Source of the DNA: Chloroflexota bacterium | GTDB taxonomy: Bacteria; Chloroflexota; UBA11872; VXOZ01 | Length of the DNA stretch: 64,000 nucleotides | NCBI GenBank assembly: GCA_965221905.1 | Contig: OZ244922.1 | Coordinates: 2,976,001 to 3,040,000 of the forward strand | Reading direction: 5' to 3' | Shown here: positions 58,039 to 64,000 of the stretch, in pieces | Layout of the letters: the number at the start of each line of letters is the position of its first letter | Numbering within the stretch: position 1 is the first letter of the stretch | Notes under the pieces: generated by a model | Database searches by the model: none | What the model saw: the letters and a program-made list of their open reading frames with translations, nothing else | Told to the model about the DNA's origin: nothing | Program-made: the position numbers and the translations under genes

Positions 58039-58995
58039 ATGGTGACACTTGGCGACGGCAAGTATACCTACGCCCTATCGGGAACAAACTGGGGCAATCT
58101 CCCGGCAGGTGCGAATTACAAAGAAGCCACGTCGGTTGCGGTAGACTCGCAAGACAACGTATACGTTTTCAATAGGGGTACCCACCCGATGGTCGTCTAC
58201 AACTCTGAGGGCAACGTACTGCACACCTGGGGACACGGCATCTTCGACACGCCGCACGGTGTGGCTGTGGGGTCGGACGACTCCGTCTACTGCATCGATA
58301 GCGGCGACCATACCGTGCGCAAGTTCACGCCGGAGGGCGAATTACTAATGACGCTCGGCACGCCGGGCGAGGCGCCGCCGCCGATGAGCGGCGTGCCCTT
58401 TAATCGCCCGACAACTGTCGCGTTTGAGCCGGGTACAGACGCCTTTTACGTGGCAGACGGCTACAGCAACGCTCACGTGCACAAGTTTTCGGGGGATGGC
58501 GAATTGCTTCACTCCTGGGGCGCGTCCGGCACGGAGCCGGGGCACTTTAATATCGTGCACGATATCTCGGTGGATTCCGCCGGGCGCGTGTACATTGCCG
58601 ACCGCGAGAATCACCGCGTGCAGATCTTCTCGGGAGACGGCACGTACGTAACGCAGTGGGTGAATCTTTCGAAGGCCGCCTGCGTGCTCGCGGACCCGCG
58701 CGGCGAAGACCTCGTCTACGTCGGCGAGTATTTTGGCGGGATTGATTCGAACGCAATGGGCACGGACCTCGGCCCGCGCGTTTCCATTCTGGACACCGCC
58801 GGCAACGTGCTGGCGCGTCTCGGCAGAGAGTCCTACGGCGACGAGCCTGGCCGGTTCTATTCGCCGCACAGCCTCGCCGTCGACTCTAAGGGCGACATCT
58901 ACGTCGCTGAAGTCTCCTGGAGCGAGTACGGCATGAACTTGGACCCGCCCCGCGAGCTGCGGTCGCTGCAAAAGCTGATTCACCAGCCGGTGTGA
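58039..58995 (+). CDS. NHL-repeat beta-propeller (peptidyl-alpha-hydroxyglycine lyase-like)
   Basis: VAVDSQDNVYVFNRG, PHG, YVADGYSN, VHD, ADRENHRVQIF. Confidence 0.88.
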   Translation: MVTLGDGKYTYALSGTNWGNLPAGANYKEATSVAVDSQDNVYVFNRGTHPMVVYNSEGNVLHTWGHGIFDTPHGVAVGSDDSVYCIDSGDHTVRKFTPEGELLMTLGTPGEAPPPMSGVPFNRPTTVAFEPGTDAFYVADGYSNAHVHKFSGDGELLHSWGASGTEPGHFNIVHDISVDSAGRVYIADRENHRVQIFSGDGTYVTQWVNLSKAACVLADPRGEDLVYVGEYFGGIDSNAMGTDLGPRVSILDTAGNVLARLGRESYGDEPGRFYSPHSLAVDSKGDIYVAEVSWSEYGMNLDPPRELRSLQKLIHQPV

Positions 58996-59042
58996 CTCGG
59001 AGCTAAGGTGAGAGATAGCAGAGCAGAAAATCGGAAAGCAAA

Positions 59043-59077
59043 GAGAGCGGGCAGACCAAGATGGTTTGCCCGCTCTC
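59043..59077. terminator. Bidirectional terminator hairpin
   Basis: GAGAGCGGGCAGACCA / TGGTTTGCCCGCTCTC between convergent genes. Confidence 0.7.
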
Positions 59078-59136
59078 CAGTTTTCGATGATCGCCCTTGT
59101 CAGCCGGTCAAGCGGCTTCAAGCGCGAGAACCGGAA

Positions 59137-60570
59137 CTACCCGCTGCCGGCCTCATCGATGAGGGAGTTCAACTGGTCTTGCAGTTGCTTCAAGCCCTCG
59201 GCCACGGTGATCTCATTATCAAAGATCGGATGCATGCTGGGGTTGACGCCTTCGCGGATCATTTGCTGCCAAGTCACGACATCGTGGGTCGGCAGCGAGA
59301 TGGTAGCGCGGAGCGAGTCCTCGAGCATGGCGCGTGACGCAGGCGGCCCCGCTGCCTCTGTGCTGGTGTAGAACTCAAGCGCGGAGTCTAGCCGTCCCGG
59401 CACCTCGTTGAAGAGTTCCACCACGCGATCCTGCACCGGCTTCGTGATCGAGTGCGCCATCCACTTCCACGCCGCATCCGGATTGTTGGCCGCTGCGTTC
59501 ATGACGGTGCCGCGGAAGTTACTGTTGTTTCCGGTCTGCCCGGTGTTTGGTGACTTCGCCAGAAACGTCACGTCCCAATTCAATTCAGGATCTTCGAAGT
59601 AGCGGTTAAAGTACCAGTCGCCGGCCGAGAAGATCGAAACCAAGCCCTGGTTCATGAAGTAGGCGGGGTGGAGGTTGTTTTCGCCGCGCAGCGCCGTGTA
59701 TTCGTCTCTAGTGGGTGCCACCCGGTGCTTCTGTACCATGTCGACGCAGAACTGCACCGCATCAATCGCCTCCTGTGAGGCAATCACACACCGCGAGCGG
59801 TCCTCGCTGAGCACGCTGCCGCCGTTCATCTGGATGAAGTTGCCCCAGCCGGTCTCTATGCCGTGCAAGTGTCCAGAGCCAAAGCGCGCAATGTTTTCGC
59901 CTTCGCGCTGTGTAAGCTTCTCCGCGTACTCTTGCAGAGCGTTCCAGTCCCAGCCGTCACCCAGCTCGGCAGGCGGGGTCAGGCCGCCGGCAACGACGTG
60001 GTCCACATTGTACTGCGTGTTGCTGGTACTGTAGTTCCAGGGAGTACCGGACGCCTTGCCGTCGGTTGAGTACCAATCGACGAATGAAGGCAATGCCGCG
60101 CCCAGGTCCGCCGTGGCCTGCTGATCGCTGGAAACATACTGAGAGAGGTCCGCGGCGACACGACCGCCCGTAATCCACGACTTGACATTCACACCGTTCA
60201 TCAAGAAGATGTCGGGGCCGGTCTGTGCGGCAAGCGCCGCCAGGACTTTGTCCCAATAGCCGGACGGATTCTCGACCGTCAGGTCAACCTCATCCTGCGT
60301 TTCGTTGTACTCACCGACCAGCACATCAAAGCCGGGTACGTATGTGGAACCCCACTGCCAAAAGAGTACGGATTGAGCATCTGCGGCTGCGGGCGCCTTG
60401 GCACCCTCTTTAGCAGGAGCGTCGTCTTTGGCCATCTCCTCGCCATCACCGGTCGGACCGGCCTGCATGCCGCAGGCAGCCAGCAGCACGCCGGCGCCGG
60501 ACACTGCCGCCCCGCCGAGAAAGGTGCGACGGCTCACACCAAGACTATCGCTTCCTATCAATCTATCCAT
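59137..60570 (-). CDS. ABC extracellular solute-binding lipoprotein (sugar-type)
   Basis: SRRTFL, LAAC, PDIF, WDW..L..YAEKLT, NPDAAWKWM; GGAGG SD. Confidence 0.87.
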   Translation of the reverse strand: MDRLIGSDSLGVSRRTFLGGAAVSGAGVLLAACGMQAGPTGDGEEMAKDDAPAKEGAKAPAAADAQSVLFWQWGSTYVPGFDVLVGEYNETQDEVDLTVENPSGYWDKVLAALAAQTGPDIFLMNGVNVKSWITGGRVAADLSQYVSSDQQATADLGAALPSFVDWYSTDGKASGTPWNYSTSNTQYNVDHVVAGGLTPPAELGDGWDWNALQEYAEKLTQREGENIARFGSGHLHGIETGWGNFIQMNGGSVLSEDRSRCVIASQEAIDAVQFCVDMVQKHRVAPTRDEYTALRGENNLHPAYFMNQGLVSIFSAGDWYFNRYFEDPELNWDVTFLAKSPNTGQTGNNSNFRGTVMNAAANNPDAAWKWMAHSITKPVQDRVVELFNEVPGRLDSALEFYTSTEAAGPPASRAMLEDSLRATISLPTHDVVTWQQMIREGVNPSMHPIFDNEITVAEGLKQLQDQLNSLIDEAGSG

Positions 60571-60794
60571 CTCTAAGCCTCCTCTATAAGAAAACACCAC
60601 CTACCGGCTGCGCTTACCGCGGTCGCTGTGTGCAGCATAACCATGTTCTTCGCCAGCGTCAAGAGGAACATAGCTACTTCTAAGAGCAATCTCGCCAAAG
60701 TGATCCAAACTACTGGACCACTGCCGCGTTGAGACGCCGAATTTCCAGTTTAGCAGCGAGAATTACGGCTTGAATTGTCGGATGGCCGTCGGTT

Positions 60795-61919
60795 CTAAGT
60801 TCCCAGCGCAGCCCGCACGCCATACTGCACGGCAACCAGTTGTCCGGTGCGTGCCGCACGATACGCGGCCTCGATGACTTGCAGCACGTGGAGCGCATCC
60901 TCCAGAGAGACCGCAGGTGGGCGATCTGTGGAAATCTCCTCCACGAACCGCCGCATGATCTCAAAGAACCAGCGGTGGCCGCCATATACTGCCATCGGCG
61001 TTGGTGAATACGCAATCTGCTTCTGGGGCGCACCCGACCACGCCTGCGCTTCACTGGACACCTCCAAATGTGGCCCGCCAACAGGCATCCAGTTCGCCCA
61101 ACCGTGTAGGCCGCGATAGACAAGGCACGAGTCATACCCACCAGCGAGAGGCGGTAGCGCGTACGCCGCGTGCAAGCTGCCAAGAGCGCCGTTCTCATAC
61201 TCCAGCGCCACAACTGCCACGTCTTCAAGGGGTTCATCAATGTGCCCCACCGGTCGGCCCATGAGCGCCTGCACTGTCTTGACCTCGCACTGCATGAGGT
61301 GCCGCATCAATTCGATGTAGTGCCCGCCGAGCATGTGCAGCACGCCGCCACCTTCGGTCTCCGCCCCGTACATGAAGTGCGCTGGGTCGCGGCTGCCGGG
61401 GCGAACCTGGGTGGTGACAAGACGACTCTCGAGGGAGAGCGGAGCGCCAAAGACGCCTTGGTCGATGAACTGCTTCAAGTCCTGCATCACCGGATGAAAG
61501 CGCCAGGGATACCCGGCAAGCACTCTGACCTGATTCCGCTCCACGGCATCCACCAACCGCGCTAGGTCAGCCGCCGTGCGGGCAAACTGCTTTTCCACGA
61601 AGAAATGCTTACCGGCTTCCGCCAGCTTGATACCGATGGCAGGGATTTCGTTCGCAGGCAGCACAACGCACGCCAGCGCAAAGTCCTCTTTTTCCAAGAG
61701 TTCGTCCACGCTTGCGTAGACGTGCGCAAACGGATCAAACTCACGCGCCCGGTCCAAAAGCAACGGGTCGCTATCCTCGCAGTAGGCAACAACCTGCGCA
61801 TCCGGTATCTGCTTGAAGGTATGAATGTACCCTGGCGACGGCCGTGTCGGATCCAGGCTGCCCACGTGCGGGTGCCGCAGCCCAATCATGGCAGCGCGGA
61901 GCGGTTTCTCGATAGACAT
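60795..61919 (-). CDS. Gfo/Idh/MocA family oxidoreductase
   Basis: AAMIGL, GKHFFVEK, GYPWRFHP, GGGVLH.LG.H. Confidence 0.9.
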   Translation of the reverse strand: MSIEKPLRAAMIGLRHPHVGSLDPTRPSPGYIHTFKQIPDAQVVAYCEDSDPLLLDRAREFDPFAHVYASVDELLEKEDFALACVVLPANEIPAIGIKLAEAGKHFFVEKQFARTAADLARLVDAVERNQVRVLAGYPWRFHPVMQDLKQFIDQGVFGAPLSLESRLVTTQVRPGSRDPAHFMYGAETEGGGVLHMLGGHYIELMRHLMQCEVKTVQALMGRPVGHIDEPLEDVAVVALEYENGALGSLHAAYALPPLAGGYDSCLVYRGLHGWANWMPVGGPHLEVSSEAQAWSGAPQKQIAYSPTPMAVYGGHRWFFEIMRRFVEEISTDRPPAVSLEDALHVLQVIEAAYRAARTGQLVAVQYGVRAALGT

Positions 61920-62043
61920 ATCTTTACCTCTTTTTTGAACGGTGACAATTGTGAAATCCTGGATGATTCACACGAATAATGTCCACAACCAGGTTGCGTC
62001 CTCGCCCCTAGACTTTCCCTTTTAGATACGATTCTTGCCCGTA

Positions 62044-62071
62044 GTAGGGGCACGACATGTCGTGCCCCTAC
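62044..62071. repeat. Perfect 28-bp GTAG-type palindrome
   Basis: Identical to 9163-9190. Confidence 0.9.
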
Positions 62072-62261
62072 ACCCCGTTGCTCCAGGAGGAAGACACTTC
62101 ACATAAACCGGAACCTGCTTCCGCAGAGAAAGGGCTGAATGCATTGGCTCAATTGTACGCAAGGTTGCGCCTGCTGCCCAGCAGTTCTCGAACCTACAAA
62201 CACTTTCGGCCCGGTTGTCGCGCCTAAAGAACCCCCCCCCCCCCCCCCCCACGCAACCGTC

Positions 62262-63308
62262 TCACGTCGCCGTTATCAATTGTGCCTCTTTATCACCAAA
62301 CGGCAGATCTATTCGCCCGCAACCACGCCGGTAGGATTCCCGCATGGCCAGCGCAATCTCCAAATCGGCGTAACCATCCTCACCATTGCAGTCCGGTTCA
62401 TTGTCGGTCTCCAGGCACTGGATCATATCGGCAACCGCCTGCGACGTGGGGCTGGGCAGTCGCTGCGGACGCGGGAATGCTTCTCGTACGGGTCGATCGG
62501 TCTTGCCGTTCCCTGCGCGCCGCCAGAGTTCGAACTCTCGGCCGCCGTCCAGCGCCCGAATGCGTCCGCGCTCGCCGATGATGTCCCACTCTTGCACCGC
62601 CGCGCCTGTGCCCATCATACGCAAGTACCCGCGCACGCCGTTGCGGAATGCAACGTAGGCGTTGCCCCCGTACCGGTCCCTATCGTCGGTAAGGGCCGCT
62701 GCACTGCCAATTTCGCCAACGAACCAATCCACCGGCGCGTCGCCGGCAAAGTAGCGCATCAGGTCGACCCAATGGCTGCCGTCATGGGAGAGGTTGGAAG
62801 CGCAGTAGCCCGTAACTTGGAGCACTTGACCGATAGCGCCCTCATCGATCAACTGCTTGGCTTTGCGGTAGAAGGGATGCCAACGGCGCAGGCAACCTAC
62901 ACCGAGCTTGACGCCGTGGTGGCGGCACGCAGCGACCATTGCCTCAGCCTCTCCCAGCGTCCACGCCAGCGGCTTCTCGGCATAGATCACTTTCACGCCC
63001 GCTTCCGCGCAGGCGATGACCACGTCGGGCCGCTCCTCAGCACGGGTGCAGACACTGACTATATCCAGTTTCTCACGCTCCAAGAGGTCAGCATGGCTCT
63101 CGCAGACATGCTCCACGTCCCAGCGCTGCCGGTAGGCTGCGCGTTTGTCTGGATCCACGTCCGCGGCGGCAACCACGTGCACCCGCGGCTCCTCCATGTA
63201 GGCCGCAGTGTGCGAAAAGGGAAGGATAACGCTGGCATTGCCCTGAACTTCGTCATCGATGGTGCTGCCCATGCGGCCGCAACCGATCACCCCAACCCAG
63301 TATGTCAT
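62262..63308 (-). CDS. Gfo/Idh/MocA family oxidoreductase
   Basis: GVIGCGRMG, DIVSVCT, AEKP, RRWHP, HDGSHWVD; GAGGAGG SD. Confidence 0.9.
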   Translation of the reverse strand: MTYWVGVIGCGRMGSTIDDEVQGNASVILPFSHTAAYMEEPRVHVVAAADVDPDKRAAYRQRWDVEHVCESHADLLEREKLDIVSVCTRAEERPDVVIACAEAGVKVIYAEKPLAWTLGEAEAMVAACRHHGVKLGVGCLRRWHPFYRKAKQLIDEGAIGQVLQVTGYCASNLSHDGSHWVDLMRYFAGDAPVDWFVGEIGSAAALTDDRDRYGGNAYVAFRNGVRGYLRMMGTGAAVQEWDIIGERGRIRALDGGREFELWRRAGNGKTDRPVREAFPRPQRLPSPTSQAVADMIQCLETDNEPDCNGEDGYADLEIALAMRESYRRGCGRIDLPFGDKEAQLITAT

Positions 63309-63418
63309 AGAATGACACCTCCTCATTCCAAACGCTTTCGCGAGGCGCAACGGTGAGATTTCCCTTAGCCGTAGGGCTGCGCACGAAGGCGCCGGGGAAT
63401 CCAGCGATAGAGTAGAAC

Positions 63419-63453
63419 CAAGAAGCCAGATAGATTATCTATCTGGCTTCTTG
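63419..63453. terminator. 17-bp perfect inverted repeat (terminator or operator)
   Basis: CAAGAAGCCAGATAGAT-T-ATCTATCTGGCTTCTTG. Confidence 0.55.
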
Positions 63454-63570
63454 TTATTCTTCCAAGACTCTGGCTGCGCAACTTTCGCGGCACGGTGGGC
63501 GCTACCACTTACCCAAATTAGCTAGTTTGACACAGTAGCGATAACGCTTGCGCCGCTGTTTCGGTTTGAC

Positions 63571-63654
63571 CTAGCCACCCATGCGGGCGATGTCAGCCTC
63601 AAGCTGCACCTGCGCATAGAGAAGTTTTCGACGACTAATTCGCTGCATGGGCAT
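63571..63654 (-). pseudogene. Possible internally deleted remnant of a Tat solute-binding gene (27 aa)
   Basis: GGAGG SD, MPMQRISRRKLL Tat-like start fused to a helical tail. Confidence 0.3.
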
Positions 63655-64000
63655 TTCCTCCCTCGCACACTTCACAAAAAAAACTGGAGCAGGCCGTTCT
63701 AGCGATAGAAGCTTTCTACCGCAACTGCTCCAGATTCCTAACTGAACCCACAATTTTTCCCGCTGTCAAACAACCTGCTACAGCAGGCTCTTGCTTGCAC
63801 GTAACAGAGGTGGGTAGAGATGCGTTCGCCCCTGCGGGCCTACTCCATGAACCAGCCTAATTGGCGTGTGGCTCTCGTGTCGAAGCGCTTATGACCCTTA
63901 ACGCTAAGCCTCACACACCCAACAGCTAGGACTGACGCTACGCAACCGCACCCCAACGTACACACGCAGCATTTTAAATGACGAAGCCTAAAGCAAACCT

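Noticed and set aside
62139-63356. 405-aa plus-strand ORF
   Set aside because: Antisense shadow of the Gfo/Idh/MocA gene, with no motifs

Overview
A high-GC bacterial chromosome segment, most plausibly Chloroflexota. This is an inference from the large Alu-containing SRP RNA upstream of dnaX, an LCP protein, many Tat-lipoprotein solute-binding proteins and a GAAC-N4-GTTC-like box. Housekeeping genes (ispH, der, plsY, recX, pyrF, uvrC, gatC/A/B, dnaE, dnaX, dinB, tRNA-Arg, SRP RNA) alternate with catabolic and transport genes. Five features stand out. (1) An AT-richer five-gene insert at 44570-48154 encodes a helical hypothetical protein, a ThsB-like TIR, Nmad2, MazG with a MazG C-terminal domain, and a UDG-superfamily glycosylase; it looks like an uncharacterised nucleotide-centred anti-phage or DNA-modification system lacking a Thoeris effector. 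(2) Two TGT...ACA miniature elements with shared termini but different cargo are both inserted at the same base of a REP-like palindrome. (3) Several palindromic repeat families are dense and nested, including 48-bp and 68-bp tandem arrays. (4) A promoter-led ~134-nt rod-like RNA candidate lies upstream of tRNA-Arg. (5) A duplicated solute-binding gene pair shares a conserved promoter. All family assignments come from motif recognition by eye, not from database searches.
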